The position numbers and the translations under genes were made by a program. Source: Nanobdellota archaeon (lineage in GTDB: Archaea; Nanobdellota; Nanobdellia; Parvarchaeales; Parvarchaeaceae). From it: a stretch of 64,000 nucleotides of DNA. Numbering within the stretch: the stretch's first letter is position 1; each line of letters starts with the position of its first letter. The notes beneath the pieces are model-generated. The model saw only the letters and a program-made list of their open reading frames with translations, made no database searches and had not been told where the DNA came from. This document shows positions 1 to 9,019 of this stretch, piece by piece. The stretch covers positions 4,498 to 68,497 of the forward strand of contig JAJZBD010000005.1 in the NCBI GenBank assembly GCA_021799085.1, given 5' to 3'.

Positions 1-106
1 ATTCAAACGATAATAAAATTTACAGTAAAAATTACACCCTAAAGAAAGGAACCATTAATACCTTGAATATAAACTGAGTAGTTCTTCCTTAGAAAAGAAA
101 TAATAA

Positions 107-1783
107 TTACATTACTTTTTCTGCGCCCTTTGCAACTCCGTGTTTTGTAAACGCTGAAAGTATGGCTGCAGCTATTAGTATAATTATACTTATATATAGT
201 GCGGTTCTTAATCCCTGCATAAACGGAGAAGCAATCAATTTAGGGATAAAACTGCTTGCGTTCATAATCTTTAAGGATGAATTGGGTATAAGCGAAGTTA
301 ACGAAGCTGGGACCTGGGATAAAAATGTAGATACTGGATTTATCCCAAGAAACGCTGAAAACAGAAAAGAAGAAGCAGGTATTGCTGCGAACTGTGAAGA
401 CAGCGCAGATGGGACATTTAATGAGGTTAACTGCGTTGAGATTATAGAAGGCAATGCATATGAGAATACAGTTATGGCTATTGTAAAGAATATCGCCATA
501 CTTATCATCTGACCTATATTGGCAAAGGTTGTTCTTATCCCATTCCCTACTCCACGATCTTTCCAAGGCAAGGCATCCATTGCTCTCTTTGTATTTGGAG
601 CGGCAAACATTCCGTTTCCTGCACCTATAACAAACAAGACTATGGCAAACGGAATATAAGAGAAATTTGCAGAGAAGGTGGTTAAAAGAAACAAACCTAA
701 AGCTGTTATCAAAAGACCAACAGTACTAAATACTCTTGCACCAAATCTATCCGTTAAAACGCCACTTACCGGTCCAAGGCCTATAAAACCTACCATTAAT
801 GGTATCATGTATATTCCTGCCCAAAATGGTGTCTGAGCAATCGTGAAATTATGCAATGGAAGATAAACACCCTGCAACCATATTATAACCAAAAACATTA
901 CTGCTCCTCTAGCAAGAGCACTCAAAAATAAGGCAAGAGAACTAAAAAGAAACTGTATGTTTCTGAATAAAGATAATTTAAACAATGGATTCTTTATTTT
1001 ACGCTCTATTGGAATGAACAGTATTATAAGCAAAATGCCCATAACAAGGCTTGCAATCACCCAGGGATTTGCCCAACCCAATGGATTGCTCTTGTAGGGA
1101 GTAAGGGCATATGTAAAGCCTAATGCAACAAGAATTAAACCTAAAGAAAGAGCAAGGTTTCCTTTCCAATCCAATCCTTTTTTCTTGCCCCCAGTCTTTT
1201 CTTCCTTCAACTTGTAATAAGACCAAAAAGCACCTAAAACTGCAAAAGGAATGTTGACTATGAATATTAGGTGGAAATCAAACGGGGCCAACAAACCGCC
1301 GGCTACCAGTCCTATAAATGACCCTGCAAGGAAAGCAACCTGATTAGTTCCCAATGCTTTTCCTCTTTCATTGTCAGGAAAAGCATCCGTAAGAAGGGCG
1401 GTGCTGTTAACCATTATAAACCCGCCACCTACCCCCTGTACCAGCCTGAAGATTATTATGAACAAAACGCCGTCTGTTCCGGAATTATACGGCGTAAACG
1501 AAAGAGCTATTGACGCTACAGCAAATACCGCAAATCCTATTGTATAAAATCTCTTTCTTCCATAGTCATCGGATAACCTGCCGAAAGTAACGAGAAGAGA
1601 AGCCGTTACTACCATGTAACCCAGAAGGACCCAAAGAAGCAAAGTAAAATTACCGGGCGCTATTGGATTAACGTTTAAACCGCGGAATATTGAAGGCAGA
1701 GAGATAAGTATTATTGTGGCGTTTATAGAAGCCATCAAGCCACCCATTGTTGTATTAGCTAGAACTGTCCATTTATACTGCAT
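107..1783 (-). CDS. MFS transporter (DHA2-like, ~14 TM helices)
   Basis: 558 aa, alternating hydrophobic helices, MFS-type G-x-L-x-D-x-x-G-R-K/R loop (GRLSDDYGRKR). Confidence 0.7.
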   Translation of the reverse strand: MQYKWTVLANTTMGGLMASINATIILISLPSIFRGLNVNPIAPGNFTLLLWVLLGYMVVTASLLVTFGRLSDDYGRKRFYTIGFAVFAVASIALSFTPYNSGTDGVLFIIIFRLVQGVGGGFIMVNSTALLTDAFPDNERGKALGTNQVAFLAGSFIGLVAGGLLAPFDFHLIFIVNIPFAVLGAFWSYYKLKEEKTGGKKKGLDWKGNLALSLGLILVALGFTYALTPYKSNPLGWANPWVIASLVMGILLIILFIPIERKIKNPLFKLSLFRNIQFLFSSLALFLSALARGAVMFLVIIWLQGVYLPLHNFTIAQTPFWAGIYMIPLMVGFIGLGPVSGVLTDRFGARVFSTVGLLITALGLFLLTTFSANFSYIPFAIVLFVIGAGNGMFAAPNTKRAMDALPWKDRGVGNGIRTTFANIGQMISMAIFFTIAITVFSYALPSIISTQLTSLNVPSALSSQFAAIPASSFLFSAFLGINPVSTFLSQVPASLTSLIPNSSLKIMNASSFIPKLIASPFMQGLRTALYISIIILIAAAILSAFTKHGVAKGAEKVM

Positions 1784-1807
1784 CCGATATTTTACTTTTT
1801 CTTGTAT

Positions 1808-2938
1808 TTAAATATTCGCCAGACTACGCAGTTTTTCTATCTTATATATTGACCTTTTCTTGTTTTTATCCTCAATTTTTGAATTTATCACTATTTGTTT
1901 CATGCTTTCTATGACTTCTTCCGCTACTTTTCTGTTTACTGGATAAGGTACGCCGTCCTTTCCGCCTATGGTAAAAGCGTATTTGAATGGATCATAGGGA
2001 TAATCAACAGGATCAAGAAACGATGGTGGCTCATTGTATATCAAATCAGCTATTAAAAATATCGCTCTTGCCGTAGATGCTGTCAACCCTCCTAAAAGAG
2101 AATCTGAGAGACTGGAAAAACTGTCATTTTTTATTTTTTCCAGGTTTCTCTTAAGTTTCTGTATGCTTATGGGCCTGTAATACTCTATCCTTTTTGACCT
2201 GTCAAATCCGGATATTGCAGCGCTTTTTTCAAACAGCTCTAAAGTAGCGTTACCTTTCAACGTGTTCAAAGCCTTGCTGTAATCTTTTATTATTTTGTCC
2301 TTGCCGTTGTTCACTTCCTCAAGAACAACTTTCCTAGTTTTACCTACGCCTCTATCCAAGAGGTTTATAGCTGTTCCATTTATACCACTTATTGCAGAAT
2401 TCGGCTCGCATTCAAAGTTATCTACGTCCAATAGGTGGTACCTTCTGGCATACTTTGTGTAAGGATTCATGCCCTGCTGTACAACAAGCCACCTGCCGGT
2501 TTTAGAAACAAGCACGTAATGTATGTAAAGATTGTAGCCGTCCTGCAAAAGTACTGAATCCGCCTTTGCCGACAAGGAACTGTACTGCATTAGTTTTTCT
2601 GTTTCTATGTCAAATGACCTCGCTGACACTAGCTCGTCTTTCACCGACAAAGAGGCCTTTCCCTTTCCACCGAAAATTGCGATGCCATCTTTTGGTTTTA
2701 CCACCTGCTTTAAAATTGAAAGTAGAACTGTTGTAGAACCACTTGAATCCCAGTCCATGCCTATAGCATTGTTCAAAGCCTGAAACCACATCGGATTGGA
2801 AAGCCTTTCAAGCAATTTATCTTCTCCGTATTCATAGAGCATTGTATGCACTATCGCATCGCACATTCCTTTCATTGTCTTCAATAAGTAATCCGGCACA
2901 TGGCCGTAATGCAATGGTAAGTCTGCTATGCCTGTCAT
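1808..2938 (-). CDS. DUF763-family protein (conserved archaeal protein of unknown function)
   Basis: 376 aa; N-terminal ADLPLHYGHVPDYL resembles the DUF763 signature as I recall it. Confidence 0.45.
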   Translation of the reverse strand: MTGIADLPLHYGHVPDYLLKTMKGMCDAIVHTMLYEYGEDKLLERLSNPMWFQALNNAIGMDWDSSGSTTVLLSILKQVVKPKDGIAIFGGKGKASLSVKDELVSARSFDIETEKLMQYSSLSAKADSVLLQDGYNLYIHYVLVSKTGRWLVVQQGMNPYTKYARRYHLLDVDNFECEPNSAISGINGTAINLLDRGVGKTRKVVLEEVNNGKDKIIKDYSKALNTLKGNATLELFEKSAAISGFDRSKRIEYYRPISIQKLKRNLEKIKNDSFSSLSDSLLGGLTASTARAIFLIADLIYNEPPSFLDPVDYPYDPFKYAFTIGGKDGVPYPVNRKVAEEVIESMKQIVINSKIEDKNKKRSIYKIEKLRSLANI

Positions 2939-3032
2939 ATAAAATAGTAAATTAGCTATTATTTATACAAATATCATATGGGCCACAATTAAAAATAAAA
3001 AGCTTTTATGAATTGGCAGGTATAAATTAAAA

Positions 3033-3551
3033 ATGCAAGGTATGCGGGGATTAAAGGTATTTGTCAGCTTATTAAAACAAAACAAGTTTTTTGCTGCTGT
3101 TCCTGTTGTAATCTTCTTTGCTTATGTTTATCTGTTTATACACGACAAAGTAGAGATATCGGCATTTTTTTCCTTTTACCCATTGTTTGACATTGCAAGT
3201 GCATTTTTGCTCAGCTTTACAATAAGTTTTATCATAGCTATTAATTATTACATAATAAAAGCAAGAAAGGATGCAAATAAAAGAAACACGGCATGGGCCA
3301 TATTCTTCAGCTTACTGTCCACGCCTTTCTGCTGCAACGTTTTAATTCCATTGTTTATCGCTTTTATATTCGGATCTGCAGCTCTTTCACCTATATATGA
3401 TACTGCACAGCGTTTACTCGTTGATTATGACCCCTTGATAATTGCAGTATCAATAGCTATTATATACTTTTTTTATCAGAGATCTGTGAATGCTTTCATA
3501 GACTGCAGAATAAAACTACCTACGAATAAAAATCAAAGAAACGTTAAATAA
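3033..3551 (+). CDS. hypothetical membrane protein
   Basis: 172 aa, 4-5 hydrophobic helices, no recognisable motif. Confidence 0.3.
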   Translation: MQGMRGLKVFVSLLKQNKFFAAVPVVIFFAYVYLFIHDKVEISAFFSFYPLFDIASAFLLSFTISFIIAINYYIIKARKDANKRNTAWAIFFSLLSTPFCCNVLIPLFIAFIFGSAALSPIYDTAQRLLVDYDPLIIAVSIAIIYFFYQRSVNAFIDCRIKLPTNKNQRNVK

Positions 3552-3558
3552 AAGCTAA

Positions 3559-4539
3559 TTACCTTAACTTTAATCTGCCTTTTTTAAATGGGCTTTTAGC
3601 AGTCGTTTTTATTCCTTTTTTCTGTGGCAAAAATATCTCTGCAAGCATGCACCTTATGCTGCCGCCACCGCATTCCTCTATTGTGCTGACGTCTATACTT
3701 ATTATGTCACAGTATTTTTCTATCTCAGCTTTTTGTTCCTTTGATAAGGAACTTAAAGCTTTTTTGGATATTACGAGCTTCTTGTTTCCGCTTGAATCCA
3801 ACAATTCCAAGGCATTTCCCGCAAAATCCAATATCTGTTTGAATGTTAACTCAATTAGGGTTTTTCCAGAGCCATTAATAGCTGAAACAACAGCATTCCT
3901 CTCGTCTTCATCCTTTATTGAATCCAGGCAAACCATGGCAAATTTTTCTCCCAACGCCATCATAACGTTTGTATGGTATATTGGGAAACCTGTTTCATCA
4001 AAAGCATGAAACTTTACGGGCTTGTATTTCATTTCACTGCAAAACTTATTTAATACTTCCTCATTGGTTCTCTCTGAGATACAAGCATAGGCTATTTTAT
4101 TATCACGGTCAAGCACCAAGCTACCAGTGCCCTCGAGAAATTTATTCTTGTTTTCGTAATAAGTGAGGTCTATTACTCTGGAACAGGAAAAACCATAAAG
4201 CATAGAAAGGCTTTGAATTATATCTGCTCTTCTTTCATTTCTTCTGTTTAATGCTAACATCGGATAAACTACTGCAGTTCCATCTGGATGAAAGGATATC
4301 CAGTTATTTGGAAATATTGAATCGGGAGTGTCAACTTCCTTTAAATCATCAAAAACGAACACGTTTATGCCGTTCATTCTAAGCGTTTCTACGGCACTGT
4401 TGAATTCCTTCAACGCCTGCAGATTAACTGAAGAATTTGTTTTTTTCTGGAATCTATTGGTTTTTGCGGTTTGCTCATTGAAGCCGAAATTATGCGGCCG
4501 TATCATCATTACATTGTTGGTCAATGCCTTCTCTTCCAT
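3559..4539 (-). CDS. amidinotransferase / DDAH-arginine deiminase superfamily hydrolase
   Basis: 326 aa; C-terminal ...ECGGGSIRCML (active-site Cys region typical of this superfamily). Confidence 0.5.
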   Translation of the reverse strand: MEEKALTNNVMMIRPHNFGFNEQTAKTNRFQKKTNSSVNLQALKEFNSAVETLRMNGINVFVFDDLKEVDTPDSIFPNNWISFHPDGTAVVYPMLALNRRNERRADIIQSLSMLYGFSCSRVIDLTYYENKNKFLEGTGSLVLDRDNKIAYACISERTNEEVLNKFCSEMKYKPVKFHAFDETGFPIYHTNVMMALGEKFAMVCLDSIKDEDERNAVVSAINGSGKTLIELTFKQILDFAGNALELLDSSGNKKLVISKKALSSLSKEQKAEIEKYCDIISIDVSTIEECGGGSIRCMLAEIFLPQKKGIKTTAKSPFKKGRLKLR

Positions 4540-4682
4540 TTGCAGTTTTTAAGCAAATAATCTAGCAACTGCTAAAAACTATTTAAAGAATCGAACTTAT
4601 ATTTAAATGTTTAAACCGCTTTTGAATGGCCTTTTTAGAGTTAACAAATTGAAAGCGGCATTAATGAATAAAAATGAAAACT

Positions 4683-4794
4683 TGGGGTTGCCAGGATTTG
4701 AACCTGGGTCAAGCGGTTTCTTCTTAATCATCCTTAACGTCATTTTTCCAGACAAGCTGGAGCCGCCTATTCTGCCTGGTTAGACTACAACCCC
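4683..4794 (-). tRNA. tRNA-Trp (anticodon CCA) with ~39-nt intron in the anticodon loop (approx 4718..4756)
   Basis: Acceptor GGGGTTG/CAACCCC, T-arm CCAGG-TTCAAAT-CCTGG. Anticodon stem GGCGG/CCGCT with loop CTCCAG|intron|A. CCA not encoded. Confidence 0.7.
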
Positions 4795-5325
4795 TTAAGT
4801 GAATATTTTATACTTATCCTTATTTTCGAGTTCTTCTTCTATTCTTGCTTCTATGCTTTTTGCTATGCCCGATGTAAAACCCACTCTTTCATCAAAATCA
4901 CTGTAGGATTTGAATTCTCCCTTATTCCGTTCTTCTATGATTTTCTGTACCATTTTTTTACCAGCACCAGGTATAAGTGACAATGAATGCAGTCTTACGT
5001 TTATAGGCCCCAACCTATTTATTATTGATATGTAATTTGCCTCATTCTGGCTTACAATCTCATGCACCTTATCCGTGAGCATTTGAAGGCCATTTCCATT
5101 TAGTTTATCAGGGGTTATCCTTTGTATTATATGGTGTACTTCATCCCTTTTGTTTTCTCCTATGTAGACTTTCATTCCCGGTTCTACTTTTACGTCTTTT
5201 TTGAGGGCCACAAGCAATAATCCAAGTGAATCTGTAAGAACTATTGCAGTAGCTTTCCTATCCTTTGAATCTTGCAGACCAAAGGGAAGGTATTCTAAAA
5301 CATAAGCGTATTCGTCTTTTCCCAT
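4795..5325 (-). CDS. DUF655-family nucleic-acid-binding protein (conserved neighbour of rpoF)
   Basis: 176 aa; position downstream of L21e-RpoF as in many archaea; HhH-like GAGKKM segment. Confidence 0.55.
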   Translation of the reverse strand: MGKDEYAYVLEYLPFGLQDSKDRKATAIVLTDSLGLLLVALKKDVKVEPGMKVYIGENKRDEVHHIIQRITPDKLNGNGLQMLTDKVHEIVSQNEANYISIINRLGPINVRLHSLSLIPGAGKKMVQKIIEERNKGEFKSYSDFDERVGFTSGIAKSIEARIEEELENKDKYKIFT

Positions 5326-5347
5326 AGTATTAAGGATTATTTCAAAG

Positions 5348-5671
5348 TTATAAATGCTTTTTTAGCACCGTTAGAATGGCTTTTAGATCCTCTTCCTTTA
5401 CATTCAATTTTAAAGGTGAGATAATTGCCCTTATTTGATCAATAGAAGCTGGAGAAACGTCGATTATCATCCTTAAGTAATCATCCCTTATATTAAGATT
5501 TAAAGCGGAAAGTTCTTCAAATACGCTATCAAAGCTATCTATCTTTATGTTCTTCTGTGTATGATCCAGCAGTTTTTTACCTATTTCTGAGCCCTTGTCT
5601 ACAAAATCAAGATATTTCTCCTTTACCTCTGTTTCGCTTAAAAACTTCTCATCGATTATTTGGTATTCCAT
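5348..5671 (-). CDS. rpoF: DNA-directed RNA polymerase subunit F (Rpb4 homologue)
   Basis: 107 aa acidic helical protein in the conserved L21e-rpoF-DUF655 arrangement. Confidence 0.5.
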   Translation of the reverse strand: MEYQIIDEKFLSETEVKEKYLDFVDKGSEIGKKLLDHTQKNIKIDSFDSVFEELSALNLNIRDDYLRMIIDVSPASIDQIRAIISPLKLNVKEEDLKAILTVLKKHL

Positions 5672-5672
5672 A

Positions 5673-5966
5673 TCAGAGCCTTTTCATATGAACTGGTAAA
5701 AGGTCTATCCTTTTAAGGTTTTTACCCTGTTGTTTTACCTCCACAGTATATGCTTTTCCCTTCTTTTCTACTATTCTACCAACCGAACCGAAAAAGCTTC
5801 TCTGGGGGAGGTTTCTCTGCACCCTTGAATCTGGGTCTACTATGATTTTATCGCCTATCTCAAAGGACTGCAAGGCTTTCTTTATGTCTACCTTTCCTTT
5901 TTCTTTTACATCAAGCTTAAGCCTTTTCCTTGAACGTTTGTGCAAACCATTTCCTGTTATTGACAT
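5673..5966 (-). CDS. rpl21e: 50S ribosomal protein L21e
   Basis: 97 aa; KRSRKRLKLDVKEKGKV...GDKIIVDPDS...FFGSVGRIVEKKGKAYTV matches the L21e fold and motifs. Confidence 0.8.
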   Translation of the reverse strand: MSITGNGLHKRSRKRLKLDVKEKGKVDIKKALQSFEIGDKIIVDPDSRVQRNLPQRSFFGSVGRIVEKKGKAYTVEVKQQGKNLKRIDLLPVHMKRL

Positions 5967-6045
5967 AATTCTATTTTATAAAGCTCCTTAGTATTTATAC
6001 TTTTTTAAGCGCGAGTACAAGTGCGGATTTGAACTGGCAGTAAAG

Positions 6046-6128
6046 TGCAGAGGGAGGGATTTGAACCCTCGAAGGCCTAAGCCATAAGGTCCTTAGCCTT
6101 ACACGTTTGACCGCTTCGCTACCTCTGC
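6046..6128 (-). tRNA. tRNA-Leu, type II (long variable arm), anticodon read as AAG
   Basis: Acceptor GCAGAGG/CCTCTGC, T-arm GAGGG-TTCAAAT-CCCTC. Anticodon stem TAAGG/CCTTA with loop CTAAGGA. Near-identical copy at 33204..33286. Confidence 0.7.
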
Positions 6129-6226
6129 ATGATAGTTTAAAATAAGCTTATAATAAAACGCTTACTATTTGATAACCTATTTATAATATAAAAATAGTTT
6201 TATACGTTTAAAACGATTTTAAAATC

Positions 6227-7387
6227 ATGGTATTGAACATAATAATAGAGATTCTTGTAGTATTATCAGTATCGATAATAATGGGGGAGCTGTTTGAACA
6301 GCTTAAATTTCCGTCGGTTGTCGGCTACCTTATAGCAGGTCTAATGATAGGTCCATTCATTTTTAATTTCATACAGAATAATAGTGAATTGCAGGCCCTT
6401 TCTTCCCTTTCGCTTTTCTTCATAATCTTTTTGTTGGGAATAGAGATGAAAACGGAATCGGTTATAAAATACCTTAAGCCTTCCATTAAAATGTCAACTA
6501 CAGGTTTTATTCTGCCATTAGTTCTTTCTACGCTTCTTTCTGTTGTTTTATTGCACTTTGGATTAAGGCAGGACTTTATAGTTTCGCTGTCAATAGCAGT
6601 ACCCTCAATATCAATCGTATCTGTCCTTGTAATGAGGTACCGACTTGCAAGGGATCCGAAAGGAATAACAATTATAGGCTCAGTGGTTATAACGGATGTA
6701 ATAGCATTTCTACTGCTTGGGATAACCTACAAAACGGCATTGAACGCAATATTGGTAGTGATCTATTTCATAATTTTCCTTATGGTATTCTTGAATGTAG
6801 ACAAGATACTTAACAGAGGAAGCAAGAAACTAAGAATGCGGCTTACAAAATCAAGAAAGATACTGAAAAGCGAGCACTTCGGATATGCAATGATAATAAT
6901 CATAGGATTGCTGATCGGAGGGATATCCCAGCTCATAGGTATAAACTACATAATAGGGGTTTTCTTTGCCGGCTTGATAATACATGAAGGACTTATAGGA
7001 AGAACTCTGTTCAGAAAGGTTAGGAAGACAATAAAAAGGATGAACGATGGATTCTTCATACCTCTTTTTTTCAGCATAGCTGGAATCAACGTTGCATCAT
7101 TTCACTCTTTGGAAGGTTTCCTTCCGGCAATACTGGCCATATCTCTTGCCGTGATAACTTTTTCAATAGTGCTAAACTACTTTTCATCTGGAAGAATCAT
7201 GAAAATAAAGAAAAAGCCCTGGAAGATAAAAACCAGCGCAATAATAAATGGGAGGGGGGCAGTAGGTATAGCAATTGCAACAGTCGCATTTGAGATAGGC
7301 GTAATAACAAATTCAGCTTATTCAATAGCAATACTTGCAACCATAATCATATCAATAGTAGCCACTTCGCTTCTACGCAATGCTTGA
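6227..7387 (+). CDS. cation:proton antiporter (CPA/Kef-type Na+/H+ exchanger family)
   Basis: 386 aa, ~11-12 TM helices, typical CPA N-terminal architecture. Confidence 0.55.
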   Translation: MVLNIIIEILVVLSVSIIMGELFEQLKFPSVVGYLIAGLMIGPFIFNFIQNNSELQALSSLSLFFIIFLLGIEMKTESVIKYLKPSIKMSTTGFILPLVLSTLLSVVLLHFGLRQDFIVSLSIAVPSISIVSVLVMRYRLARDPKGITIIGSVVITDVIAFLLLGITYKTALNAILVVIYFIIFLMVFLNVDKILNRGSKKLRMRLTKSRKILKSEHFGYAMIIIIGLLIGGISQLIGINYIIGVFFAGLIIHEGLIGRTLFRKVRKTIKRMNDGFFIPLFFSIAGINVASFHSLEGFLPAILAISLAVITFSIVLNYFSSGRIMKIKKKPWKIKTSAIINGRGAVGIAIATVAFEIGVITNSAYSIAILATIIISIVATSLLRNA

Positions 7388-7493
7388 TAGTCGCTAGATA
7401 ATAATCATACAAAAAATATAATCTCCTAAAATTAAAAATGGCTATTTGCGGATTAATTCAATGCTGACTTGCGCAAAGTACTTTTTATGTATT

Positions 7494-7784
7494 TTATAAC
7501 TTCATTATAGTTGGTAGATTTACTATAGTCTGTGAAAGCTCTTCTTTCCACAGTTTTGGACCAATTACCCCAATTTTGTCTTCAAATGCTTTATTGGAGA
7601 ATTTTACGTTACCAAGCTTCTTGTTTATAATGTCAAAATCAAATTGCAGCTTATTACGGTTAAGTATGAAATATACATCATAAAGGTCTCTTGATTTATT
7701 CCTCGAGTATATTGCTCTAACTTTTTCTGCTAGTATCTGGGGGCAGTATGAAATTAACAGATATTTTGACCTCTTTTGATGCAT
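7494..7784 (-). CDS. hypothetical protein with AbiEii/DUF1814-like motif; possibly a 5'-truncated remnant
   Basis: 96 aa; ...AEKVRAIYSRNKSRDLYDVYFIL resembles the conserved EKL...R..RDLYDL core of AbiEii nucleotidyltransferase toxins. The expected N-terminal part is absent; the ORF abuts tRNA-Pro. Confidence 0.3.
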   Translation of the reverse strand: MHQKRSKYLLISYCPQILAEKVRAIYSRNKSRDLYDVYFILNRNKLQFDFDIINKKLGNVKFSNKAFEDKIGVIGPKLWKEELSQTIVNLPTIMKL

Positions 7785-7798
7785 GCAAAATAAATAAT

Positions 7799-7872
7799 TG
7801 GGGTGGCTGGGATTTGAACCCAGGTCAACTAACCCCCGAAGCTAGCATCATACCAAGCTAGATCACCACCCC
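7799..7872 (-). tRNA. tRNA-Pro (anticodon CGG)
   Basis: Acceptor GGGGTGG/CCACCCC, T-arm CTGGG-TTCAAAT-CCCAG. Anticodon stem CTAGC/GTTAG with loop TTCGGGG. Confidence 0.8.
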
Positions 7873-7898
7873 ATATAGCATACTTATTATATAAATCC

Positions 7899-8930
7899 CT
7901 AATTAATCTTTCTGTATTCAGGGTAAGTACCGATTTGCATTATTACACTATCAGTTTTAACTGCTACTCCTTTTTTAACGGTTTTTATTTCCTCTGTCGA
8001 CAATACAGATTTGCCGAGTGCTATAAGCTCTCCTTTCAGTGTCATTATCCCTATGATTTCATCTTTTTCGAAATTAGTAAGTTTAACTATACCTGGAACA
8101 GCAAGTGGAGAACCATGACATATTGGATCTACTGCTGTATCGGAGATGAAAACCTTTGGTAAAAAGTCTATCGCTGACTCTATGCTGCCAAGGCATTTGT
8201 TTAACAGCCTATCATCATTTTCCTTTTCATAAAAATAGACTGCATCCTCTAAATCTTGCAGTGTAACCAAGTTGTCTTTTTCTGACAACGTTGAAACCTT
8301 TGTTCTTCTTAGCTCCGTCATGTGTGCACCAACTTTTAGCTCTTCCCCCATGTCATGTATGAGCTTTCTTATGTATGTTCCAGATTCAACGCCAACTTTA
8401 AAAAGTACATTCTTTCCGTCTATCTCTAATATCTCGGAATAGTATATTTCTCTCTGTCGATACTGCCTTTTAACATGCGATCTAACGGGAGGCAACTGCA
8501 TTATTTTTCCTATGAATTTATTGAACGTATCTCTAAGTAGTTGCTCATCAACTTCACTGTGCAGATGCATCAGAGCTATGTATTCCTTTCCTCCAAAAAG
8601 AAGCACTGGGAGAACCTTCGTAGCGTTGTTTATGGCCAGCGGCAAAAGACCGGTTACGTTGGGATTTCTTCAATCTTCTAAAGTCCCTGAGTAACCCATC
8701 TTCTTGGCACCTAATGTTGCCATAAGGTTCTTTGCTATGTAGGCTGCGGTCTTTGACCTTATACCTGATGGCTTGTCCAGCAGTATAAAACCGTAGTTTA
8801 TCCTCTCCTTTATGCTTCTGTCCTTTGGAGCTTTGCCGTATCTGCTGTCGGTTTCTTCCTCTCTCAAGGAAAAGATTTCATGCTTGAAATCCTCCAAAGG
8901 CAGTTTCATTTCATTTAATCGTAGGTTCAA
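7899..8930 (-). CDS. cbf5: H/ACA RNP pseudouridine synthase Cbf5 (TruB + PUA domains), interrupted by in-frame TGA at 8670..8672
   Basis: N-terminal part (8670..8930) ends KKMGYSGTLED*. The same frame continues RNPNVTGLLPLAINNATK...EYIALMHLH... and into a PUA domain. Matches Cbf5 GHxGTLDPKVTGxLPVAL...KEYxxLMHLH. Confidence 0.75.
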
Positions 8931-9019
8931 AGATTAAAACCTTGCTTTTTATGTTATCTGTCAATTTATCCTCAAAAAATGGAATTTAATGCGCTTCAGT
9001 TAAAATTGCAAATCTGTTC

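Noticed and set aside
162-566. ORF-track entries on both strands inside the MFS transporter gene (162..512 +, 240..566 -)
   Set aside because: Fully embedded in a long, well-supported CDS. Low-complexity AT-driven ORFs; no motifs.
4718-4756. Box C/D sRNA inside the tRNA-Trp intron (as in several Euryarchaeota)
   Set aside because: The intron is only ~39 nt and I could not find convincing C (RUGAUGA) and D (CUGA) boxes; GGAUGAUU is only a partial match.
8670-8672. Idea that TGA is a sense codon (genome-wide stop-codon reassignment) explaining the cbf5 interruption
   Set aside because: All other long genes in 64 kb are free of in-frame TGA and several use TGA as terminator (e.g. the Zn-ribbon gene at 28720). 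The interruption is local and sits in a 12-nt insert.
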